Made by a program: the position numbers and the translations under genes. A model generated the notes under the pieces. It was given only the letters and a program-made list of their open reading frames with translations, was not told where the DNA came from and did not search any database. 64,000 nucleotides of DNA from Waterburya sp. (GTDB taxonomy: Bacteria; Cyanobacteriota; Cyanobacteriia; Cyanobacteriales; Xenococcaceae), in assembly GCA_965217895.1 (NCBI GenBank), contig CBDCJV010000002.1, forward strand, positions 960,001 to 1,024,000, read 5' to 3'. Below, in pieces: positions 42,654 to 51,414 of the stretch. Position 1 is the stretch's first letter. Each line of letters opens with the position of its first letter.

Positions 42654-43568
42654 TTATGTTGTTAAAAAATTTATAACAGCTTCAAATAAACCATTATTTC
42701 CTGATAAATCAAGCCATGCCCATTGTCCATTGGGATTTACTTCAAGAAACGTGGTATTTTGACAGTTTTTATCTTTTGTCATTAAATCAAGTCTTCCAAA
42801 TCTTAAACCTAAATCACGCATGAAATAATCGATATTTGTTGAAAGCTCAACGGGAAGTTCTACTTTTTCCCAACTACTATCCACAAGCGGAGTTCCAATT
42901 GCCTGTCTCCAATCCAAACCATTTAAAAGATTACGGTCAAGTACAAACCCATATTGTTGCCCATCTAAATAAACAACAGTTAAGTCGTAATCATTATCAA
43001 CCTTCTCCTGAATAAACCATGTCCAACCATCGTCAAGTTCTTCAGGGTTAACTGCACTTGTATAAATAACCTTTGCAGGTGTGCCAGTACCAGTAATAGG
43101 TTTCCCAGTAACACTTTTAATAATCCAGTTTTTACTTTTCCAATTTTTGCTACTAGGTTGTGATGTAAATGCCCAGGGTGAAACCTGCAAATACCTACTC
43201 GCTACTCGAAGTTGATAGAACTTATCAATCGTAGTATTGTAGTGTGGATCTATGGGTATCTTGCAAGGGTTTTCTCTGCGAACCCATGAGATAATTGATT
43301 GAACAGCGTTCTTAAATTCCTGGAAGCAATACCAAACTTCACCTGGTTCAGTAGGAACTTCAAAAACAGGTTTTCTCCAAATTATATTGTCTAGTGTTGT
43401 GTCGCTAATTTCTCGACCAAATTTATCTGCAATCCAGAAGCCAGAGTCGTGAATTTCAATATCGTATTCTTGCCAACGTTCCCAATTTACACGAAGAACA
43501 TTATTGGAAAGCCTTTCACAAATTAAATCACTTGTTACATCTCCACTAGAGGTAATAAGCAGGTGCAT
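42654..43568 (-). CDS. ATP-grasp RiPP maturase (MvdC/MvdD-like graspetide ligase)
   Basis: LLITSSGDVT, IWRKP, DKFYQLRVA, IIKSV, FIQEKV, LDWRQ, LGLRFGRLD, FLEVNPNGQWAWL. Confidence 0.92.
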   Translation of the reverse strand: MHLLITSSGDVTSDLICERLSNNVLRVNWERWQEYDIEIHDSGFWIADKFGREISDTTLDNIIWRKPVFEVPTEPGEVWYCFQEFKNAVQSIISWVRRENPCKIPIDPHYNTTIDKFYQLRVASRYLQVSPWAFTSQPSSKNWKSKNWIIKSVTGKPITGTGTPAKVIYTSAVNPEELDDGWTWFIQEKVDNDYDLTVVYLDGQQYGFVLDRNLLNGLDWRQAIGTPLVDSSWEKVELPVELSTNIDYFMRDLGLRFGRLDLMTKDKNCQNTTFLEVNPNGQWAWLDLSGNNGLFEAVINFLTT

Positions 43569-43586
43569 AAGAACTTTTTAGTAATA

Positions 43587-43675
43587 GTGAGACGACACTC
43601 AATAATAGTCAAAAGTATAAAAGGTGTCATCTCACAAACGTCTTGATTTTTTAAATTGAGTAATAAGAATTACTC
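43587..43675 (-). promoter_or_regulatory. two stem-loops between precursor and ligase genes
   Basis: GAGTAAT/ATTACTC (43658-43675) and a 12-bp stem GTGAGATGACAC/GTGTCGTCTCAC (43587-43635) whose single mismatch is G-U on the minus strand. Confidence 0.55.
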
Positions 43676-43681
43676 TTCACA

Positions 43682-43879
43682 TTAATCAGCATCGCTATCA
43701 TATGGCTTACCGCTGCCATCGAAAGTCTGAGTGCTTCTTGACATTTCCAATCCATGAGTATTGGCATAGTCTTTGCTGACACCATACTGTAATTTAGAGT
43801 CGTACTTTGGTAATGCCGAGATATCGAATGAAGGAGGAGTCTTAGCAAATACAATTGGGGATTGTTTTTGTTGGTTCAT
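43682..43879 (-). CDS. graspetide precursor peptide (65 aa)
   Basis: Directly upstream of the ATP-grasp gene; leader with PIVFAK and YDSKLQ; C-terminal Ser/Thr cluster followed by DxDxD (SRSTQTFDGSGKPYDSDAD). Confidence 0.85.
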   Translation of the reverse strand: MNQQKQSPIVFAKTPPSFDISALPKYDSKLQYGVSKDYANTHGLEMSRSTQTFDGSGKPYDSDAD

Positions 43880-44020
43880 TTGAGTTTTTACTTAAAAATT
43901 AACCACTTCATAATATATTTAAAACTATGAATAGTCCTCTGAGTTTCCACGGATTCTTGAAGGGAAAATTTTAGAACCTAATTTTAAAATAAGTAAATAA
44001 GTATTTACTGCCAAACAAAA

Positions 44021-44275
44021 TTATTTACAGTTTTGTAGTTCTAAATGCCCTCTATTAGTTAGTTGGCATCCACAGTAAAACGTCCTTGGTTCAATACCAT
44101 CAGGATAAGGAGTAGCTTGTATATAGTCCTCATTTTTAAGTTGTTCAATACTATCTCTAACAACATATTCATTTAAACCAGTGCTTTCTATTATGCTATG
44201 GCAATCAGATTGTTCATTACCAATAGCTTTAAGTATTTGACACTGTTGATTTGTTATCTGCATATTCAACTCCAA
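44021..44275 (-). CDS. small winged-helix-like protein
   Basis: Q..ILKAI...I.ESTGL....V...IEQL....YI ... LTNRG pattern typical of wHTH domains. Confidence 0.55.
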   Translation of the reverse strand: MELNMQITNQQCQILKAIGNEQSDCHSIIESTGLNEYVVRDSIEQLKNEDYIQATPYPDGIEPRTFYCGCQLTNRGHLELQNCK

Positions 44276-44392
44276 ACTTTTAGTTTTCTATCTTAGTGTT
44301 CCCCCTATGATTATTTTTCTTACTAATCTTTAGAATTGTGGCGATCGCCTTATCTCAATTAGAATACTTATATTCCTCCTCCTTGCAAATAA

Positions 44393-45751
44393 ATGTCTAC
44401 CCTACTTGTCAAAAATATTCATACTCTCGTCACCATGGACGATGAACGTCGCGAGATTCGTCGAGGTGCATTATTAGTAAGAGATAATATAATCGAACAA
44501 GTGGGGACAACGGAGGAATTACACGATACTGCCGATGAAATATTAGATCTAAAAGATAAGCATATAGTCTTACCTGGTTTAGTTAATACCCATCATCATT
44601 TCTTTCAAAACCTAACTCGCGTAACTCCCGCAGGACAAAATGGCGATCTGTTTCAATGGCTGACGGCGCACTATCCTCTGTGGGCTAATCTTACTGGAGA
44701 AGGAATGTATTATAGTTCCCAGTTAGCAGCAGCAGAACTAATTCTCTCAGGTTGTACTACAGCTAGCGATCATCATTATTTATTTCCTAATGATTGCACT
44801 CTTGACGAACAAATCCGCGCTGTAGAAGATATTGGCTTGAGATTTCATGCTAGTCGAGGCAGTATGAGCGTAGGAGAAAGTAACGGCGGTTTGCCTCCAG
44901 ATTTTTTGGTGGAAAAAGAAGCAAATATTTTAAAAGATTCTCAAAGATTAATCGAAGAATATCATAATTGCGATCGCTATTCTATGTTAAGAATAGTCCT
45001 TGCTCCCTGTTCGCCTTTCTCTGTATCTCAAGATTTAATGAAGGAGTCGGCTGCAATGGCGCGGAGTTATCCAGGAGTAAGGCTACATACCCATCTAGCA
45101 GAAACTAAAGGGGATGTGGAGTATAGCCTGTCTAAATTTAATTTAATTCCTGGAGACTATGCCGAGTCCGTTGGCTGGCTGGGAAATGATGTCTGGCACG
45201 CTCATTGTGTAAAATTAAGCGATCGCGCGATCGATAAGTTTGGTCAAACTGGAACTGGAGTGGCACATTGTCCCTGTAGTAATATGCGTTTGGCTAGCGG
45301 TATTGCACCTATCCGTAAAATGCTCAATGCGAATGTTCCCGTGGGCTTGGGCGTAGACGGTGCAGCTTCTAACGATACCACAAACTTGTTTCATGAAGCC
45401 CGTCAAGCGTTTCTACTCGCCCGCGTCAGAGATGAAGATGCTTCAGTAATGACCGCCCGTGATGCTTTGGAGATTGCCACTAGAAGCGGTGCGAGGGTTT
45501 TAGGCAGAGATGATGTTGGCTATCTCGCACCAGGGATGGCAGCCGATTTTATTGCGGTGGATTTGGATAAGCCTGGTTTTGTGGGGACGCAACAAGACTC
45601 TGTTGCTGCATTAATTTACTGTCAAACTGATTATGTAGACTATAGCTTTATTAATGGTAAAAAAATTGTGGATCGAGGTAATTTAACTACTATTGAGCTT
45701 GAGCAAATAATCGAAAAGAGCAATCAAATTGCCGTAAAATTAGCCGAATAA
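44393..45751 (+). CDS. 8-oxoguanine deaminase-like amidohydrolase (AtzB family)
   Basis: PGLVNTHHHFFQ, DHHY, APCSPFSV, LHTHLAE, AHCPCSN, GVDGAASND. Confidence 0.9.
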   Translation: MSTLLVKNIHTLVTMDDERREIRRGALLVRDNIIEQVGTTEELHDTADEILDLKDKHIVLPGLVNTHHHFFQNLTRVTPAGQNGDLFQWLTAHYPLWANLTGEGMYYSSQLAAAELILSGCTTASDHHYLFPNDCTLDEQIRAVEDIGLRFHASRGSMSVGESNGGLPPDFLVEKEANILKDSQRLIEEYHNCDRYSMLRIVLAPCSPFSVSQDLMKESAAMARSYPGVRLHTHLAETKGDVEYSLSKFNLIPGDYAESVGWLGNDVWHAHCVKLSDRAIDKFGQTGTGVAHCPCSNMRLASGIAPIRKMLNANVPVGLGVDGAASNDTTNLFHEARQAFLLARVRDEDASVMTARDALEIATRSGARVLGRDDVGYLAPGMAADFIAVDLDKPGFVGTQQDSVAALIYCQTDYVDYSFINGKKIVDRGNLTTIELEQIIEKSNQIAVKLAE

Positions 45752-45818
45752 TTGCTTTTTTCAGCTTTACCTCCACTGTATTGCAGAGACTACCAACATA
45801 ATTCCAATTAATTTCTTT

Positions 45819-47303
45819 TCAGTTAAGCAAAATTTCTCCATAAACATCAACATTATCCATAAAAGAGTTATCAGTATCAGTAGCAAAATTATTACTAAAT
45901 TTAGGTAATGATTTTAAAGAAGCAACTACAGCAATGCGATCGCTATTTGCCTGTTGTGCTAAAGCTGGAGTAATCATAAAAATAGCACCGCCTTTTCCTT
46001 GACCTGGATTTATCCCGTTGCCAGCGATCGCCTTATTATTTATAAAGGTAGTCCGAGATAAAATTAATTGACCAGAACGAATAAAAATAGCACCACCTAA
46101 ACCAGCACCACTACCGCTATAACCAACTCCACCATTGCTACCACCAAAGAGACTTTTTCCTCCTTGACCTGAGTTGCCAGCTATTTTTCCAAAACCGCCG
46201 TTACCGCCACTTCCTCCTCCTGCGCCAAAACCGCCGTTTCCACCGTTGCCACCATCACCGCCATTTCCTTCTGAGATAAAACTGCCTCCGTTACCGCCAT
46301 TGCCTGCATTGCCAAAACCGCCAAAACCTCCCCCTCCACCAAAGATTACTGTCCCGATGCCACCTCGATCATCAATTAAGCCAAAACTACCAAATATTCC
46401 TGTTCCACCGTTACCGCCATCACCGCCATTACCGCCGTTTCCGCCTTCGCTACCACCGTTACCGCCATTGCCACCATTACCCGCGTTACCAAAGCCGCCA
46501 AAGCCGCCACCACCACCAAAAACAATACTGCCAATGCCATTTACTCCAATCCCGTTAACTCCTGCTACAGCACCTCGATTAATGTCATATCTATTACTGT
46601 TGCTATCTATTTCAATCTCTCTGGCTTTTAAATCAATATTGGCTAAATTGTTAAGGCTAATACCATTAATTTCGGATGTAGCTCCACGATTAACCTTAAA
46701 ATGGTGGTTATTTTCAATAATGCGACTGTTTACAGGGTATTGCTTGAGTTGTTGCTCAATTAATCTTTTTCCATCTCCCCCAATTGCCCGATTACCATTG
46801 AATGTCACCTCACTAAGAATTACCATTCCCTTATCGATAAATAATCCGCCTCCCATTCCTGCGGATGCACCAGCACCATTATGACCAGCTTCTCCTTGAG
46901 CTAGACCATTACTAATAGTCAGCTTGCTGATACTTATTTCTCCTTGTTCGATATAAAAAATTCGATGAAGATTGTTACCGTTAATCACATCGTTACCATC
47001 ACCGATGATTGCTAAATTGCCGCGAATTTTGGGTAAAGGAGAATTTAGAATAATCTTGCCGCTAACTTGACTTAAATCGATCGCATTATCATCGGGATAC
47101 TGATTGGCTAAAGCGATCGCCGATCTCAACGAACCCGAACCTCGATCGTCAGTAGTAGTAACCATAATTCGAGTTGGAATTAAGTCTATCTCTACCTCTG
47201 CTGCTATTGCTGGAGTAATACCTAATCCAATCCAGAGCAAAATTGATAACCAAAATAGTCTTAATATATTTACCGAACTCAATAAATTAGTTACAATATT
47301 CAT
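45819..47303 (-). CDS. secreted glycine-rich (PE-PGRS-like) surface protein
   Basis: Signal peptide (AIA-A); D.GSGSLR.AI..AN; GGxGGxG tracts; GAGLGGAIF. Confidence 0.75.
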   Translation of the reverse strand: MNIVTNLLSSVNILRLFWLSILLWIGLGITPAIAAEVEIDLIPTRIMVTTTDDRGSGSLRSAIALANQYPDDNAIDLSQVSGKIILNSPLPKIRGNLAIIGDGNDVINGNNLHRIFYIEQGEISISKLTISNGLAQGEAGHNGAGASAGMGGGLFIDKGMVILSEVTFNGNRAIGGDGKRLIEQQLKQYPVNSRIIENNHHFKVNRGATSEINGISLNNLANIDLKAREIEIDSNSNRYDINRGAVAGVNGIGVNGIGSIVFGGGGGFGGFGNAGNGGNGGNGGSEGGNGGNGGDGGNGGTGIFGSFGLIDDRGGIGTVIFGGGGGFGGFGNAGNGGNGGSFISEGNGGDGGNGGNGGFGAGGGSGGNGGFGKIAGNSGQGGKSLFGGSNGGVGYSGSGAGLGGAIFIRSGQLILSRTTFINNKAIAGNGINPGQGKGGAIFMITPALAQQANSDRIAVVASLKSLPKFSNNFATDTDNSFMDNVDVYGEILLN

Positions 47304-47348
47304 AAATCAAATAAACTTTCAGTAGCTTTCGCTACATTTTTATAAAAT

Positions 47349-47636
47349 ATGTCTAACTATTGGGGAAATTATTGGCAACCAAAACAATCACCGAAAGATC
47401 TAGCTGTATCTCAACCTGATAAATGGTTATCTAGATTGTTTGCTAAGGGACAGTCTTCCTTAGCTAATACATTGGTTAGAGAATTATCTTTGTCGAGGCA
47501 AGTCGAACATCTGCAAAGATGTAATAATTTGGATTCAACGCAGCCAGCAAAGCGTACTCAAATTAGTGAATTTACTTTAGCAGAACCTTTAGGCACAGCC
47601 AAGCGATCGCTGATCGAAATGCTCTACGGTAAGTAA
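47349..47636 (+). CDS. small hypothetical protein
   Basis: 95-aa ATG ORF filling the gap between 47303 and the guaD stop. Confidence 0.45.
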   Translation: MSNYWGNYWQPKQSPKDLAVSQPDKWLSRLFAKGQSSLANTLVRELSLSRQVEHLQRCNNLDSTQPAKRTQISEFTLAEPLGTAKRSLIEMLYGK

Positions 47637-47639
47637 TTT

Positions 47640-48962
47640 TTAGGCAAATTGAACAGCCTTACCCGCAACATAAGTAGCTGTTACCGCACGTTCATCCCCT
47701 AAAATCATCATGGCAAAGGCTTTTTCAGTTAATTCGGCTAGATTTTTTGATTTAGAGTCAGGGTTACGCAGTTTCATTAAAGGTGTAGCTTGTAAATCCC
47801 AAACTACGAAATCAGCCTCTTTTCCTGGTTCAAAGCTACCAATTCGATCTTCTAAAGAAAGAGCTTTAGCTGCACCAAGAGTTGCTAAATAAAAAGCCTG
47901 AAATACCGATAAGCTTTCGTTTTGCAACTGCATAACTTTATAAGCCTCACTCATGGTTTTTAGCTGAGAAAGACTGATTCCGCCTCCTACATCAGTAGCT
48001 AAACCGACTTTGATTGGGGTTTGAGTTGATTTTGCCTGGTTGAGCTTAAATAATCCACTGCCTAAAAATAGATTAGAAGTTGGGCAAAAAGCGATCGCCG
48101 CACCTGCATCTGATAACCTGACAAAAGCCGAATCATCTAATTGAATACAGTGAGCTAGAATAGTGCGATCGCTTACTAAGCCAAACTGTTCGTATACATT
48201 TAAATAGTCTTTGCTTTCAGGAAAAAGTTCGGCAGTAAACTGCACTTCTTGAACATTCTCTGCTAAATGAGTATGGACATAGACATCGGGAAATTCAGCT
48301 TTTAACTTACCTGCTAGAGATAATTCTTCTGGAGTTGAAGTGATTGCAAAACGGGGGGTAATCGCATAAAGCAATCGGTCTAACCCATGCCACTGTTGAA
48401 TTTGTTCGCGAGTCTGGGCATAAGCAGTTTGAGCATCGTTGAGCAAAAAATCTGGTGCATTGCGCGTCATCAACATTTGCCCTGCAATAATTCGCATCTG
48501 ACGACTTTGTGCCTCAGTAAATATAGCTTCCACTGACTGAGGAAAAATCGTAGTCAAAATTACGGCTGTTGTTGTACCGTTGCGTAATAGTTCGTCAAGA
48601 AAAAAAGAAGCGATTTGACGGGCATACTCTGCATCTTTGAACTTAGCTTCAGTAGGAAAAGTATACTGATCGAGCCATTCCATCAACTGTTCCCCATAGG
48701 CAGCAATCATCTCCGTTTGGGGATAGTGAACGTGAAGATCGATTAAGCCTGGAGTAATTAATTTATCTCGATAGCTAGTAATTTCATCATTGGCATATTG
48801 TTCTTTTAAGCTTTCATAAGTCCCAAAAGCCTTGATTTTGCCAGACTCTACTACCAATAGCCCATCTGGCAGATAACGAACGCTATCAGCTTCTGATTGA
48901 TAAAAAGGATCGTTAACAAAATCTAAAAATGAACCGCGAATTATTTTAGTAGATGATGACAT
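47640..48962 (-). CDS. guaD: guanine deaminase
   Basis: PGLIDLHVHYPQ, WLDQYTFPTE, YAITPRFA, HTHLAEN, CPTSNLFLGSG, TDVGGG. Confidence 0.95.
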   Translation of the reverse strand: MSSSTKIIRGSFLDFVNDPFYQSEADSVRYLPDGLLVVESGKIKAFGTYESLKEQYANDEITSYRDKLITPGLIDLHVHYPQTEMIAAYGEQLMEWLDQYTFPTEAKFKDAEYARQIASFFLDELLRNGTTTAVILTTIFPQSVEAIFTEAQSRQMRIIAGQMLMTRNAPDFLLNDAQTAYAQTREQIQQWHGLDRLLYAITPRFAITSTPEELSLAGKLKAEFPDVYVHTHLAENVQEVQFTAELFPESKDYLNVYEQFGLVSDRTILAHCIQLDDSAFVRLSDAGAAIAFCPTSNLFLGSGLFKLNQAKSTQTPIKVGLATDVGGGISLSQLKTMSEAYKVMQLQNESLSVFQAFYLATLGAAKALSLEDRIGSFEPGKEADFVVWDLQATPLMKLRNPDSKSKNLAELTEKAFAMMILGDERAVTATYVAGKAVQFA

Positions 48963-49196
48963 GGTAAAAGATATCTTTTGAATAATTAATACTTAAACTC
49001 AAGTTTTAATTTACTGATTTCCTTTATCGAAAAGTTTTTAGTTTTTAGTAGCATTTCTTGCTTCTACCCTAAAGAGTTAGCTTTGCGTCAAAACTTAATT
49101 GAGTTTAAGAATCCATCGCCCTACGGTGTCTACAATTCACTTAGGGTTCAAAACTCTATTCGATTGACTAATTACTAATTACTAACAACTAATTAC

Positions 49197-49727
49197 TTAC
49201 TTGTAGCTTTGGGCTTTCTGATGATTTTGTTTAGTTTGAGAATAGGTTTGCTGCTGGTTATCTTTGTATTTGCTCGATTGTTGGGTGTCTGGATAATCTG
49301 CTTGCTGAGAATAACTAGAAGTTGATTGGCTTTGGCTTTGTTGAGCGGGTTTTTGCTCACTTTGATCAGACTGTTGAGTTTGAACAGCTACATAATCTTG
49401 CTGTATCCAACCTTCTCCTCGATCTTTCTGCTCAAATTTAACGTAATCCCATTGTTTACCCCGATTCCCTTCTATCTGTTGCAATATAGTAACGCGATCG
49501 CCTTTTTGGGCTTTACCCAAAGGCGACTTTTTGAAATCTGGTTGAGCATAAATCTTGATCGGGAGATCGCTGCTGGGGGCAGTTAAGGTAGCAGGTTGGT
49601 TTAGTTCTTGATTAGCTTGATAATTATTATAAGTATCAGCAGCTAATGAGCTGGAAATACCGCTAAAGAAGAGAGTGACTGTAATAATAACAACTATAAA
49701 TTTGTGGCGCATTTGCTGGAAATTCAT
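49197..49727 (-). CDS. secreted SH3-domain protein with Gln/Ser-rich tail
   Basis: Signal peptide; GDRVTIL...W.YVKF....EGWI...YV. Confidence 0.75.
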   Translation of the reverse strand: MNFQQMRHKFIVVIITVTLFFSGISSSLAADTYNNYQANQELNQPATLTAPSSDLPIKIYAQPDFKKSPLGKAQKGDRVTILQQIEGNRGKQWDYVKFEQKDRGEGWIQQDYVAVQTQQSDQSEQKPAQQSQSQSTSSYSQQADYPDTQQSSKYKDNQQQTYSQTKQNHQKAQSYK

Positions 49728-49843
49728 TATTTTTTATACTCCAAAATAAATTACTAAGTAAATCAAAACTATTTAGGCAAACACATCATCAAAAATCATC
49801 AACTATTAGTTAATTTTTGAGTCGGGTTTTAAAATAATTGGCT

Positions 49844-51274
49844 CTAACCAAAACGAATAGTCATAAAGACAAATCTAATTACAAAAATAGCTGCCAAAAT
49901 CCAGGTGACTAGAGGTACTTCTCTAGCTTGTCCTTTAAAAGTTTTCAGTACAGGATAGGTAATCAAACCGACAGATAAACCTGCTGCGATCGAAAATCCC
50001 ATCGGAATAAAGAAAATAGTCAAAAAAGCAGGTATTGCTTCGGTTAAATCGTCCCATTTAATATTGACAATGCTCATCATCATCAACACCCCAACAATAG
50101 TTAATGCTGGTGCAGTGGCAAAAGCAGGAATTGCTTCAAAAATCGGCGTAAAAATCAACGAGATAAAGAATAATGCCGCTACAATTACTGAGGTAAATCC
50201 CGTTCTTCCTCCTTCAGCTACCCCTGAAGCAGATTCAACAAAGGTAGTGACACTAGATGTCCCCATAACCGCTCCTGCCGTAGTGGCGATCGCATCAGCA
50301 GAAAGAGCTTTATTGGCTCTGGGTAATTCGCCGTTTTCATCAATGTAACCTGCTTGTGTACCCACTCCCGCTAGAGTTCCAATCGTATCAAACATATCGA
50401 CGAAGAGAAATACCAGCAGTACAGCCACAAAATCAATAATATTACTTCCATTAAGCCCACCTAAACCAGTAATGGCTACCCCAAAAAGATTTTCGGGAAA
50501 AGCAGGAATCGAAGCAATACCTTTAGGTGCAGCAGCTATACCAAATACCCAACCCAAAATTGCTGTGCCTAAAATACCCCAAAGCAATGCGCCTTTGATG
50601 CGCCGAATCATAAAGAATGCCGTGAGAAAAATACCGAATACCGCCATAATTGTCTGAGGTTGGCGAAAACTACCAAAAGCAGTTTTGGTTACTTCATTGG
50701 CAACTACTAATCCTGCACCGCCTGTTTCTGTCGCTCCCCCCAAGCCAATATATGCCAGAAACAAACCAATCCCCACAGTAGTAGCTACTTTAATCGTATT
50801 GGGTACGGCAGTAATTAGATGACGACGAATATCGGTAACTGTCATAGCAATAAACACCAATCCTTCGACAAAGACGCAGGATAGAGCCAATCGCCAGTCA
50901 ATCCCCAATCCTAAAACGACGGAATAGGCAAAAAAAGCATTAATTCCCATGCCAGGAGCTAGAGCAAAAGGATATTTAGCTAGTAACGCCATGATCAGCG
51001 TACCAATGCCTGCTGAAACTGCTGTGGCAACAACTAATTCCGTAAATAAATCCTTTGGTTCGTTTAAGAAAATCGCATCAGATAAAATTAACGGATTAAC
51101 TACTAAGACATACGCCATAGTCATAAAGGTAGTCACCCCCGCTAATATCTCGGTGCGAAAGTTAGTTTGATAATAATCAAACTGAAAATAATTGGCGATC
51201 GCACCTTGCCATCCACTTCTAACTGGTGCAGACCTTGCCTCCTTTCTCTCTAACACATCCTTTTCTGTACTCAT
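49844..51274 (-). CDS. NCS2 family AzgA-like purine permease
   Basis: TEILAGVTTFMTMAY, APGMGINAFF, DMFDTIGT, ESASGVAEGGRTG. Confidence 0.95.
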   Translation of the reverse strand: MSTEKDVLERKEARSAPVRSGWQGAIANYFQFDYYQTNFRTEILAGVTTFMTMAYVLVVNPLILSDAIFLNEPKDLFTELVVATAVSAGIGTLIMALLAKYPFALAPGMGINAFFAYSVVLGLGIDWRLALSCVFVEGLVFIAMTVTDIRRHLITAVPNTIKVATTVGIGLFLAYIGLGGATETGGAGLVVANEVTKTAFGSFRQPQTIMAVFGIFLTAFFMIRRIKGALLWGILGTAILGWVFGIAAAPKGIASIPAFPENLFGVAITGLGGLNGSNIIDFVAVLLVFLFVDMFDTIGTLAGVGTQAGYIDENGELPRANKALSADAIATTAGAVMGTSSVTTFVESASGVAEGGRTGFTSVIVAALFFISLIFTPIFEAIPAFATAPALTIVGVLMMMSIVNIKWDDLTEAIPAFLTIFFIPMGFSIAAGLSVGLITYPVLKTFKGQAREVPLVTWILAAIFVIRFVFMTIRFG

Positions 51275-51302
51275 CTTTTCATTTTTGTTTCAGCCTCATT
51301 CT

Positions 51303-51387
51303 TGCATACTGTATACCTTACTGATTTGCTCAAAATATTTTGTGATTTTAAATACATTTTTTCCGAAAAAAATCTATACAGTATCGA
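51303..51387. promoter_or_regulatory. two copies of candidate palindromic operator TGTATAC-W-GTATACA
   Basis: TGCATACTGTATACC (51303-51317) and TCTATACAGTATCGA (51373-51387) in the divergent NCS2/DMT intergenic region. Confidence 0.5.
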
Positions 51388-51414
51388 GTAGTGATGCTTA
51401 CCAATCAATGAGCA

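Noticed and set aside
43651..43854. 67-aa ORF overlapping the precursor in another frame
   Set aside because: TTG start and no RiPP-like features; the 43682-43879 frame has an ATG, leader motifs and a donor/acceptor core.
42654..43879. Classical microviridin cluster
   Set aside because: No TxKYPSD core, no exact PFFARFL, only one ATP-grasp gene and no MdnE-like transporter.
46174..46884. 236-aa proline-rich ORF on the plus strand
   Set aside because: Antisense shadow of the Gly codons (GGN reads as NCC/CCN) of the 45819-47303 gene.
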